This document shows, one piece after another, positions 40,719 through 49,773 of a DNA stretch of 64,000 nt; the stretch's first letter is position 1, and each line of letters starts with the position of its first letter. The stretch comes from an uncultured Planctomycetales bacterium (GTDB taxonomy: Bacteria > Planctomycetota > Planctomycetia > Pirellulales > Pirellulaceae). Under the pieces are notes generated by a model that worked only from the letters and a program-made list of their open reading frames with translations, did not search any database and was not told where the DNA came from. The stretch spans positions 1-64,000 of the forward strand of contig CAVOGJ010000003.1 in NCBI GenBank assembly GCA_963695405.1, read 5' to 3'. Both the position numbers and the translations under genes were made by a program.

Positions 40719-41564
40719 GTGGATCACATCGGCCCCTATCGGTTGCTGAAGCTCATTCGCGCTGGCGGCACGACGCACGTTTGGGAAGCCATGGACCCGG
40801 TCGAGCACCAGCGGGTAGCCCTCAAGTCACTCCAGCCCGATTATCGGAACGATAAAACCGAGATTGCCTCGCTACGCCACGAGTTTGCGGTGGGACGTAC
40901 TCTGCATCATCCCAACGTGAACAGCGTGCGGGATTTCAACATCGTCCGCGGCATTCCGTTCGTGGTCATGGACTATTTCAACGCCCCGAATCTCAAGCAG
41001 TCGATTCGACAAAATCCGGAACAAATCAAGGAAAATCTGGAATCGATCGTGCGGCAGATGGCAGCGGGACTGGACCATTTGCATGAGCAGGGGTGGTTGC
41101 ACCGGGATATCAAGCCGGACAATTATCTGATCGGCGACCAGTCCGACGTGCGTCTGATTGATTTTGCCATCTGTCAGAAAATCAAGAAGAAGTCCGCCCT
41201 CGGAGCTCTCTTCGGTGGCAAGACAAAGAACATCATGGGGACCCGCAGCTATATGTCGCCGGAGCAGATCCGAGGCGAGCACCTGGATCCCTACTCGGAT
41301 ATTTACAGTCTGGCGTGCGTCATCTTTGAACTGTGTTGCGGCAGGGCACCCTTCACGGGTTCCACGGCCGACGAGCTGTTGACCAAGCATTTGCGATCGG
41401 CGCCCCCGTCGATCGCCAGCATCAACCGGGATATCTCACCGGAATTCTCGCGATTGGTCGTGAGCATGATGGCCAAAGACCCGGCGCAGCGACCGCAAAG
41501 CATCTCCGAATTTCTCGAGCAGCTGGACAAAATCCGTATGTTCACGGCGGCCAAACGCGTCTAG
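40719..41564 (+). CDS. Hanks-type Ser/Thr protein kinase, kinase domain only
   Basis: HRDIKPDN catalytic loop, DFAI (DFG variant), GTRSYMSPEQ activation-loop/APE region; GTG start. The glycine loop is atypical (IRAGGTTHVW). Confidence 0.85.
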   Translation: MDHIGPYRLLKLIRAGGTTHVWEAMDPVEHQRVALKSLQPDYRNDKTEIASLRHEFAVGRTLHHPNVNSVRDFNIVRGIPFVVMDYFNAPNLKQSIRQNPEQIKENLESIVRQMAAGLDHLHEQGWLHRDIKPDNYLIGDQSDVRLIDFAICQKIKKKSALGALFGGKTKNIMGTRSYMSPEQIRGEHLDPYSDIYSLACVIFELCCGRAPFTGSTADELLTKHLRSAPPSIASINRDISPEFSRLVVSMMAKDPAQRPQSISEFLEQLDKIRMFTAAKRV

Positions 41565-41626
41565 CTTTATGGCATCCGCATGCGGTGCGGGCCGGAACCA
41601 CAGCGATTCTTCTTCACGGAGGCACT

Positions 41627-42591
41627 ATGCAAAAAGGCAACCATGGGCTCGAGTTCGAAAATCCCATTCATGAACTCGAAGTGAAGATCGAAGCGTTGCA
41701 GCGCCAGAATGATCTCGGCAATGAGGAGCAGTTGCGGCAACTGCAGCAAGAGCTATCTGCCACCACGCGCCACATTTACCAGCACCTGACCCCTTGGCAG
41801 GAGGTCCGCGTGGCCCGCCATCCGGATCGCCCCCATACGAGTGACTACCTGTCCCTCGTCTTCGACGAGTTTGTCGAACTGCATGGCGACAAATTGTTTG
41901 GGGATGACCGAGCCATGTTGACCGGTTTTGCCAAGCTGGGCAGTCACAAGGTCATGGTGATTGGTCACCAGAAGGGGCGGACGATCAAAGAACGATCAGA
42001 GTGCTATTTTGGTTGCGCCCATCCGGAAGGCTACCGGAAGGCACTAGCCAAAATGCAGCTGGCCGCCAAGTACCATGTGCCCGTCATTTGCCTGATCGAT
42101 ACGCCAGGCGCCTATCCGGGGGTCGGCGCGGAGGAACGGGGGCAAAGCCAGGCGATTGCGGAAAACATGTTCGAAATGTCACGCATTCCAACGCCGATTA
42201 TCTGCGTCGTGATTGGGGAAGGCGGGAGTGGCGGCGCTTTGGGCGTCGGCGTGGGTGATCGTATCGCCATGCTCGAGCATGCCTATTATTCGGTAATCAG
42301 CCCGGAGGGATGCGCTGGGATCCTTTGGAAGAGCCACAAATTTGCGGAACAAGCAGCCCAGGCATTGCGGTTTACCTCGGCCGATTTATTGGAACTGGGC
42401 GTTGTCGACGAGGTGATTCCCGAGCCGCTGGGGGAGCGCACCGTGATCACCATCAAATGGCGGGATTCCTGAAGCGATTCCTGCTGACCTCGCTGCGGGA
42501 ATTGGCCGACATCCCGGTCGACGCGATGCTCGACGCGCGTTACGACAAATTCCGCCAGATCGGCGTCTTTCTCGAGGAAGCCGAAAGCTGA
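41627..42591 (+). pseudogene. accA: acetyl-CoA carboxylase carboxyltransferase alpha subunit, frameshifted at G-run 42430-42434
   Basis: AccA core in one frame to …VIPEPLG. The conserved C-terminus GGAHRDHHQMAGFLKRFLL…FLEEAES continues in the -1 frame (ORF 42310-42591). A G6 instead of the observed G5 restores EPLGGAHRD. Confidence 0.8.
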
Positions 42592-42988
42592 CCCCCGCGC
42601 CTGGCGAAAGAACGCCGGCCGTCGCGACTCGACCATCGGGCGCGGCGGGCCGCTGGCGAGGAGGGAGCGTACCGGGCATTACCTGATTTTTCTGCAGCCC
42701 GCCCCAACGTCCGATAATGTTTCTTATGTTCGGTTTGAGTGACCGTTTTCCGGGCGATTCCCGCTTTTTCCGTTCCGCGGCCGGCGGCGGCCGGCTCCAC
42801 AGCCCCCGGCCAACCCGCGATCCCCAGCCGCACGCCCCGTCTCCGGCGAGCCGGTTTCTCACGCACTCCCACCCGCCCTTGGATTCGCTCGATCCCCCGT
42901 CGTCCGTCGTCCCTCGGCCGCCCCCGCGTGGTCGGCTATAATCCCGACTCGCCCCCCAACCACCACCCGCATTCCGAGGTCTCCACCC

Positions 42989-43438
42989 GTGTTTCAGGGC
43001 CGACTGCTCGCCATCCGGATCGCCGCCACGTCCGGCCAACCGACCGCATCGGTGGCACAGGTGCTGGCCCTGGACGCCCAAGGCCTGGCGGGCGACCGGT
43101 ACGCCGCTCAGGCCGTTCCTCAGCCGCTGGCCGCCGTCACGCTCATCGAACAAGAATCGCTCACCGCCGTGGCCCGAGATGCGGGACTCGCTGTCGATCA
43201 CGCCATGACCCGCCGAAATCTGCTCACCCAAGGCGTCCCGCTCAACCACCTGGTGGGCCGTGATTTCCTGGTCGGCGAGGTTCGACTGCACGGCGTCGAA
43301 CTGTGCGAACCGTGTGGCTATCTGGAACGCAAAACCGTGCCAGGCATTACCAAGGCCCTCATCCATCGTGGCGGACTGCGCGCAAAATCGTGCAGGGCGG
43401 CACAATCGCTGTCGGCGATGCCATCCGACCGGCCTGAA
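42989..43438 (+). pseudogene. MOSC-domain protein, frameshifted at A-run 43384-43387
   Basis: MOSC beta-barrel (…GDRYA…VTLIEQESL…RRNLLTQGV…GVELCEPCGYL…HRGGLRAK). The conserved end IVQGGTIAVGDAIRPA* is in the -1 frame; A5 instead of A4 restores it. Putative GTG start preceded by a TATAAT-like box. Confidence 0.55.
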
Positions 43439-43471
43439 GGGCTGCGTCCGCTGGCGCCAGGTACCCCCAGC

Positions 43472-44212
43472 CTAGAACCGCCGTTCGTCCCCGCTCGTGG
43501 CTCGCCAGTCGTCTTGCGTCCCACTTTGCCAGGGTGTCGCACCCGGAGGCAAATAGCCCGGATCGCGGCTGGGAGGATAGAGCGATCCGCCCGCCGTCCC
43601 GCCGGGCGGTCCGCCATAGCTGGGCGGCATTGGTGTGTCGTAGGACGACGGGCGACCCGGCGGCCCATAGCCGCCGACGGGCGGATAGCCGTCCGGGGGC
43701 AACCCTTCGATACCCATCTCGAAACGAGCCAGGTAAGGCGCAATCAACCCATGGAAATCGGTCGGAATCATCGGTTCGATGACTCCGAGGAATTGAGCCA
43801 CCGCGTACGCCGATTTCGAGCGAATAATCGCCTCACTTTGCCCGCCCAGCAGCGAGTACGCGCCGACCGTCAGAATGCTGGCAATCAAGAACCCCTTGGC
43901 CGCACCCAGCACGGCGCCCATTTGGTAGTCGAACTCACCCAGCTTCATCGCCTCGATCGATGAGCGAATCTGGCGAAACACAATCCAAATCACAAAGGCT
44001 GTGCCCATGAACAGCACGATCGAGGCGGCCCACATGTTCAGGGGTGGAGCCAGATTGATTTTCGGCGCCAGCGCCGGTTGATATCGCATGGCCACCAGGG
44101 AACTGACAACCAGTGACACGATCGACGCCACTTGGTTGGAGAGCCCCTTGCGCCAGCCGTAAAAGGCGGTGGCGAGGACAATCAGCAGAAAAATTGTGTC
44201 GTAGGCTTGCAT
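43472..44212 (-). CDS. cvpA: CvpA-family membrane protein with Pro/Gly-rich C-terminal tail
   Basis: MQAYDTIFLLIVLATAFYGWRKGLSNQVASIV… CvpA N-terminal pattern; 4 TM; C-terminus PPDGYPPVGGYGPPGRP…. Confidence 0.7.
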   Translation of the reverse strand: MQAYDTIFLLIVLATAFYGWRKGLSNQVASIVSLVVSSLVAMRYQPALAPKINLAPPLNMWAASIVLFMGTAFVIWIVFRQIRSSIEAMKLGEFDYQMGAVLGAAKGFLIASILTVGAYSLLGGQSEAIIRSKSAYAVAQFLGVIEPMIPTDFHGLIAPYLARFEMGIEGLPPDGYPPVGGYGPPGRPSSYDTPMPPSYGGPPGGTAGGSLYPPSRDPGYLPPGATPWQSGTQDDWRATSGDERRF

Positions 44213-44465
44213 CTTTCGATCTCAATCGCACTGTCCAAACCGGCCGCCCGGCTAACCTGGCAACGCAGCTCGTTTCTGAGGTCGCCTGGTGACGAAACGG
44301 TCTCGGCGGCACTTCTTCGAATCTCGATGGACACAGGTTATCCGCCGTCGTCCCGACGGCCTACAGCAGCCGGGCGGGCGGCCATTTCTACTCGACTTTT
44401 CGCTGCCGGCACCGCCAGGCCCTCCCCTGCCCCGCTCAGCAGAAAATTTTCCGCCCCCTGGCGTG

Positions 44466-45030
44466 GGGACGGTGACTGCCGCCGCTGGCAACGCTGGCGC
44501 CGCTAGCGGCCCCGACCGCCTTACGGACGGGGTCTCAATATTGTCGGCCGATTTGTCGGCCGATCGCTCCGCGATCGGTTCCCTCACCCCGCCACCAACC
44601 CTGGCCCCCAGGCGTAGGGACGGTGACTGCCGCCGCTGGCAACGCTCAGCGGCCCCGACCGCCGTATGGACGGGGTCTCGATATTGTCGGCCGAGCGCTC
44701 CGCGATCGGTTCTTTCTCACCCCGCCACCAACCCTGGCCCCCAGGCGTGGAGGGACGGTGACTGCCGCCGCTGGCAACGCGAGCGGCCCCGACCGCCGTA
44801 TGGACGGGGTCTCGATATTGTCGGCCGAGCGCTCCGCGATCGGTTCTTTCTCACCCCGCCACCAACCCTGGCCCCCAGGCGTAGGGACGGTGACTAGGGA
44901 CGGTGACTGCCGCCGCTGGCAACGCGAGCGACCCCGACCGCCGTAAGGACGGGGTCTCGATATTGTCGGCCGAGTGCTCCGCGATCGGTTCTTTCTCACC
45001 TCGCCACCAACCCTGGCCGCAGACCAGGCA
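44466..45030. repeat. tandem array: 4 copies of a ~130-bp unit (plus a 12-bp partial unit)
   Basis: Unit GGACGGTGACTGCCGCCGCTGGCAACGC…GGCCCCGACCGCCGTATGGACGGGGTCTCGATATTGTCGGCCGAGCGCTCCGCGATCGGTTCTTTCTCACCCCGCCACCAACCCTGGCCCCCAGGCGTAG repeats head-to-tail with >90% identity. It lies between divergent cvpA and ydjM-like genes. Each unit has a small inverted repeat (CCGATCGC-TCC-GCGATCGG). Confidence 0.85.
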
Positions 45031-45193
45031 CCAGCCCGAGGTCGCCAGGATACGATTTTCCATCCACTTATTCGGCATAGCCAACGGGTTCTTGGACCGA
45101 TAAGACAAAGAAGCCGAGGTGGACCTGTATCCAAGGGTCCCTTGTCGCCCGATCGCTACCTATCTGCCGCAGGTAAGCAAAACGAGTTTTGCC

Positions 45194-45979
45194 ATGGCCA
45201 ATTTCCCTACCCACGTCACGACAAGTGCCATTCTCGGCGCCGCCTATGGCACGGCAGCGCACATCGGTTACGGCTATCCACTTCCCACCTGTCTCTTGGC
45301 AGGCGGACTCTGCACGATCGCCGGGATCCTTCCTGATGTGGACAGCGATAACGCCGTGGTCCTGAGGGAGATCTTGGCTTTTGTGGCGGCCGTTATCCCC
45401 ATGCTGCTACTCGATCGATTCCGCGAGCTGATGTGGCCGCAAGAGAGCATCGTGGTTGCCGTGGGATTGCTGTACGTGGTGATTCGTTTCGGTGCGGGCG
45501 AGATGATTCGCAAACTCACCATTCACCGGGGTATGTGGCATAGTGTTCCGGCGGCGCTCGCGGTCAGCCTTGTGATTTACGGCCTCTGCGAATGCAGCGA
45601 CCCACAGGTCCGCATTTTCAAGTCGACGGCCGTCTTTCTTGGATACCTGTGGCACCTGGTCCTGGATGAGATTTACGCCGTGGATACGGTCCATGGCCGC
45701 TTGCGGGTAAAACGTTCTTTCGGCACTGCACTCAAGTTGTTCGGTACGAATCCAGTGGCGAATGTGGCTACCTACGGCCAACTAGTGGCGATCAGCTACT
45801 TTCTGATGAGCCAACCGGCCATGGAATTGCCGGCCCATCCGCAGGTCGCGGAGGAGGCGAACCGCCGCCCGGGGGCGTCCGCCGAGGCCCCCATTCCTGG
45901 TCCGAGCGATCCGCTCTACATGCCCCCCTACCCTCCTCAGCTGACACCCGTTCCACCGCCAGCGGGCACGAGTCGTTGA
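45194..45979 (+). CDS. membrane-bound metal-dependent hydrolase, YdjM/DUF457-like
   Basis: MANFPTHVTTSAILGAAYG… N-terminus and 4-5 TM helices characteristic of the LexA-regulon YdjM family; Pro-rich C-tail. Confidence 0.6.
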   Translation: MANFPTHVTTSAILGAAYGTAAHIGYGYPLPTCLLAGGLCTIAGILPDVDSDNAVVLREILAFVAAVIPMLLLDRFRELMWPQESIVVAVGLLYVVIRFGAGEMIRKLTIHRGMWHSVPAALAVSLVIYGLCECSDPQVRIFKSTAVFLGYLWHLVLDEIYAVDTVHGRLRVKRSFGTALKLFGTNPVANVATYGQLVAISYFLMSQPAMELPAHPQVAEEANRRPGASAEAPIPGPSDPLYMPPYPPQLTPVPPPAGTSR

Positions 45980-45995
45980 TCGCCGTTGGTCCGCC

Positions 45996-46262
45996 TCAAT
46001 CGTCAGCGACTTGTCGCCACAGTCGTAACTTGTCCTCGTCTGTCAGAAGCCGCCAGTCATGATCGGCCAGCGCTGCCGCCAGCGCCCAGAGCAGGTTCCG
46101 ACTGGCTTGCGGGTGACGTTGCTGTACCAGTCGAAACGCAAGCGCCGGCCCCAAGCGTTCGAGTTCCTCACGGGTATGCACGCCGATCTCCTTTAACCAG
46201 CCGACACTGGTCGGACCTAGCTTGTTGCAATGTGGTCATGGACGGATCAAGCCTTCGGTTCG
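45996..46262 (-). CDS. TfoX C-terminal-domain-like small protein (start unclear, possible frameshift)
   Basis: …LGPTSVGWLKEIGVHTREELERLGPALAFRLVQQRHPQASRNLLWALAAALADHDWRLLTDEDKLRLWRQVADD aligns well with the TfoX/Sxy C-terminal domain. The helix upstream of the ORF-track start is in a frame without an ATG. Confidence 0.4.
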
Positions 46263-46927
46263 GAGATCGATCGGTCGTGCCGGGTGATGCCTCATTTGCC
46301 AACGTTGGGAGCACGATTCCATGCACGCTGCCGCCACCCTGATGCTCGTCCACGAGAGTAAACTTCGCGGTCTCATGCCTGGCGAAGAGTCGCTGGAGCG
46401 TCTCGAGGCGAGCGCCTAGGTCCGCCGCCAAGACACGGACGATGTGCTGGGCCTTTGTGAGGGAAACAGATGCAAGAGTGGCAAGCAAGGCAGGAAGCCA
46501 GGAGGCGGACGCGTGCAATTATTCGAAAAGAAAAAGAAACGCTGGACGCACCGCCAGACCATCCATTTACCACCATCCGTCCCCTTCCGCGACTACTCAG
46601 GGATGGGCATTGAGCGAGGTCGCGTGGCCGTCGTTTCGCAGGAAGACTCGCTGCTCTGGGTCGGGGAATGCTTGTGTTGCTGGTTGGCTTGAGCCGCCGG
46701 TGGGACAGCCCCAGCTCACTGCCATCACGACGGGTCCCAGAGCGGTCGACGAACGTGCCTCGGCACGACGACCGGCCGCGGTAAATTTCGTCCCGCCTGG
46801 CAGCATCGGCAGCCGTTTTCGCATAAACTGTGGGCGGTCACAGCAGCCACCTTGAGTCGGCGATTTCGACCCGCCCTGGCGGCAGATTTCGCCGCGTTCA
46901 TCGCCCTTGCACAGGAGGGAGCACATC

Positions 46928-48380
46928 ATGAAACGTCGAGACTTTCTCAAGACTTCTGCAGCCGTCGCGGCGGCGGCCTCCCTCGGCCCCAGGTCGCATG
47001 CCGCTCCGCCCGCCGCGAACGATGCACACGCCGCCTGTTGCGACCGAACCTACGCGACTCCCGCCGCCGCCATCCGCTCACCTCGCGAAACGATCCTCTA
47101 CGTGCCCGCCATCTATGTGGGTACCCAGCAAGCGGCACACCCCGATTACCTGGCAACGGTCGACGTGGATCCGGCCTCTGCCACTTACAGCCAGGTGATC
47201 AGCCGTCTGCCCATGCCTCATGTGGGCGACGAGCTTCACCATTTCGGTTGGAATGCCTGCAGCAGTTGCCACGGCGAACCAGGCAAGTCTCGTCGGTTCA
47301 TCGTCCTGCCCGGTATCACTTCGGGCCGAATCCATTTCGTGGATACAACGGACCCCCGTCAACCAACACTTCATCATGTACTCGAGCCGGAGGAGATCGC
47401 GGAGCGCGCGCAACCTTTCTGCCCCACACACGGTACACTGCCTGGCCGATGGCACGATCATGATCTCCATGCTCGGCGACGCGAATGGCGACGGACCGGG
47501 TGGCTTCTTGTTACTCGACGACGCCTTTCAGATCATTGGCCGCTGGGAACGCGACGCCGGCGCCATGAAATTCAATTATGACTTTTGGTACCAACCGCGA
47601 CACAACGTGATGGTTAGCAGCGAATGGGGCTCGCCGAAGACCGTCTCGCAGGGATTTCGGCTAGAGGATGTTCAAGCGGGCCGTTTTGGACAGCAAATCC
47701 ATTTTTGGGACTGGCAGGACCGGAAAGTCGTGCAGTCGGTCAATCTCGGCGAGTCGGGCATGATCCCACTGGAGGTTCGCTTCCATCACAATCCCGATAG
47801 CACACATGGATTTGTTGGTGCCGCCCTGAGCAGCACCATGTGGCATTGGCATCGGGCGGATGACCAGTGGCAAGTCGAAAAAGTGCTCAGCGTCGATCCG
47901 GTCGAGACGGAAGGTTGGCCGTTTCCTGTTCCAGGCCTGATCACGGACCTGGTGCTCTCCATGGACGATCGGTGGCTCTATTTCTCCAACTGGTTGCACG
48001 GAGATCTGCGTCAATATGATGTCAGCGATCCAGCTCATCCGCGACTGGCGGGCCGCGTTTGGCTGGGGGGCGTGATTGGGCACGCCACCGACTGGCCGCA
48101 ACGGCCGCTGACGGGTGGCCCACAGATGTTGCAGCTCAGCCTCGATGGAAAGCGGCTGTATGTGACCAATTCACTCTACAGCCCCTGGGACAATCAATTC
48201 TACCCGGACATGGCCGTGCGCGGATCGTACCTGCTCCAGGTGGATTGCGACACAAGCGAAGGAGGTCTGGCGATCAACGACAAGTTCTTCGTCGACTTTG
48301 GCCAGGAACCGCAAGGGGCAGCGCGGGCCCACGAGATGCGATTTCCTGGCGGAGACTGTACCTCGGACATTTGGAGCTAA
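46928..48380 (+). pseudogene. selenium-binding protein 56 family (methanethiol-oxidase-like) with Tat signal, frameshifted at (GC)n 47404-47411
   Basis: Tat signal MKRRDFLKTSAAVAAAASL; SBP56 motifs CCDRTY, HHFGWNACSSC, …SAPHTVHCLADG…, and a long C-terminal beta-propeller. The N-terminal 160 aa are in the frame of ORF 46907; the remainder is in the +1 frame of ORF 47220. Confidence 0.8.
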
Positions 48381-48382
48381 CG

Positions 48383-49570
48383 ATGCACGTCCTTATCGCG
48401 GATAAACTTTCCGCCCAAACAGTCGCCTGTCTAGAAAAGCTCGGTTGTGAGGTATCCGTGCGACCCGAATTGACGGCGGATGACCTCGCCGCACAGATCG
48501 GTTCCGCGAATATCCTGGTAGTCCGCTCGACCAAGGTGAATACGGCCACCATCGAGGCCGCCAGTGATCTCGAGCTGATCATCAGGGCCGGCTCCGGCTA
48601 TGACACGATCGACGTGAATGCGGCCAGCGCCCGTGGCATCCACGTGGCGAACTGTCCCGGCAAGAATGCGAATGCGGTGGCGGAGCTGACGATCGGCCTG
48701 CTGATTGCGGCCGATCGGCAAATCGCGAGCGCCTGTGCCGATTTGCGCGCTGGACGCTGGAAGAAGAAGCAGTATGGTCAGTCGTTTGGTCTGAAGGGCC
48801 GCACCTTGGGATTGCTTGGCTTCGGTTCGATCAGTCAGGCAGTCAGCCAGGCGGCACTGGGGCTGCAGATGAGGGTCCTGGCATGGTCGCGCAGCCTGAC
48901 CGACGATGTGGCCGAAGCGCATGAGATTCGACGAGCCGAAGCGCTGGCACAGATCGCCGCCTGCGACGCGGTGAGTATCCACCTGCCATCAACGCCCGAG
49001 ACGAAACACATCGTGGGCCGGGAATTCTTGTCACGCATGCGGGACGGCGCCATTTTGATCAATACATCGCGTGGCCCTTTGGTGGACACCGAGGCCCTAC
49101 GCGAGGCGATCGCGAGCAAGCACCTACGCGTGGCGCTGGATGTGTACGAAAATGAACCGTCTGGCGGCGAAGCCACTTTTGAGGACTCGTCGCTCGCCGC
49201 CGCCATTACGGGGACTCCTCACATTGGCGCCTCGACCGAGCAAACATCGGAGGCCATCGCCGCCGAAGTCGTCCGGATCGTGCGCGTCTTCCAGGAAACG
49301 GGGCGCCCCTGCGGCTCGGTTAACCTCTGCCAGCGCAGCCCGGCCACCTGCCAGTTGGTCGTCCGCCATTTGAACCAGGTCGGCGTATTGGCCGGTGTGC
49401 TCGATGGATTGCGAGAAGAACAGATTAACGTCGAGGAAATGGAAAACATGATCTTCGAGGGTGCCCACGCTGCATCCTGTACGTTGCGGCTGGATGGCGA
49501 GCCGTCGCCGCGGATGATTGAACAGTTGCGCGGCAACCCGGCGATTCTGCATGTGACGCTCGCCAAGTGA
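48383..49570 (+). CDS. serA: D-3-phosphoglycerate dehydrogenase with C-terminal ACT domain
   Basis: 2-hydroxyacid DH NAD-binding GLLGFGSISQAV; catalytic R/E/H positions; ACT-like C-terminus. Confidence 0.9.
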   Translation: MHVLIADKLSAQTVACLEKLGCEVSVRPELTADDLAAQIGSANILVVRSTKVNTATIEAASDLELIIRAGSGYDTIDVNAASARGIHVANCPGKNANAVAELTIGLLIAADRQIASACADLRAGRWKKKQYGQSFGLKGRTLGLLGFGSISQAVSQAALGLQMRVLAWSRSLTDDVAEAHEIRRAEALAQIAACDAVSIHLPSTPETKHIVGREFLSRMRDGAILINTSRGPLVDTEALREAIASKHLRVALDVYENEPSGGEATFEDSSLAAAITGTPHIGASTEQTSEAIAAEVVRIVRVFQETGRPCGSVNLCQRSPATCQLVVRHLNQVGVLAGVLDGLREEQINVEEMENMIFEGAHAASCTLRLDGEPSPRMIEQLRGNPAILHVTLAK

Positions 49571-49773
49571 CGGTCGTCCTCGCAGTATCGACACGGCGTT
49601 TTCCGCCTCGCGATCCAGCAGGGCACCTCCTCTCACGTTGCCGCACGCGCGCGAAGGCGAGAGCGGGCGGCAACCGCTGCCTTGTGAGGGTCGTGATCCC
49701 GCGGCAGGATAGCCATCCAAGACGTTGTGTCTGCTTGCCTCATTGAGAAGAAGGAAGGATCGCGACAGGCGGC

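Noticed and set aside
42386-43405. 339-aa minus-strand ORF
   Set aside because: Antisense shadow of the accA C-terminus and the MOSC gene.
44289-45134. ORFs of 100-200 aa (44289-44897, 44623-44946, 44646-45134) and a CRISPR-like periodicity
   Set aside because: They lie entirely within the 130-bp tandem repeat array. The repeats are contiguous without unique spacers, so this is not a CRISPR array. The ORFs are frame artefacts of the repeated sequence (Arg/Pro-rich junk translation).
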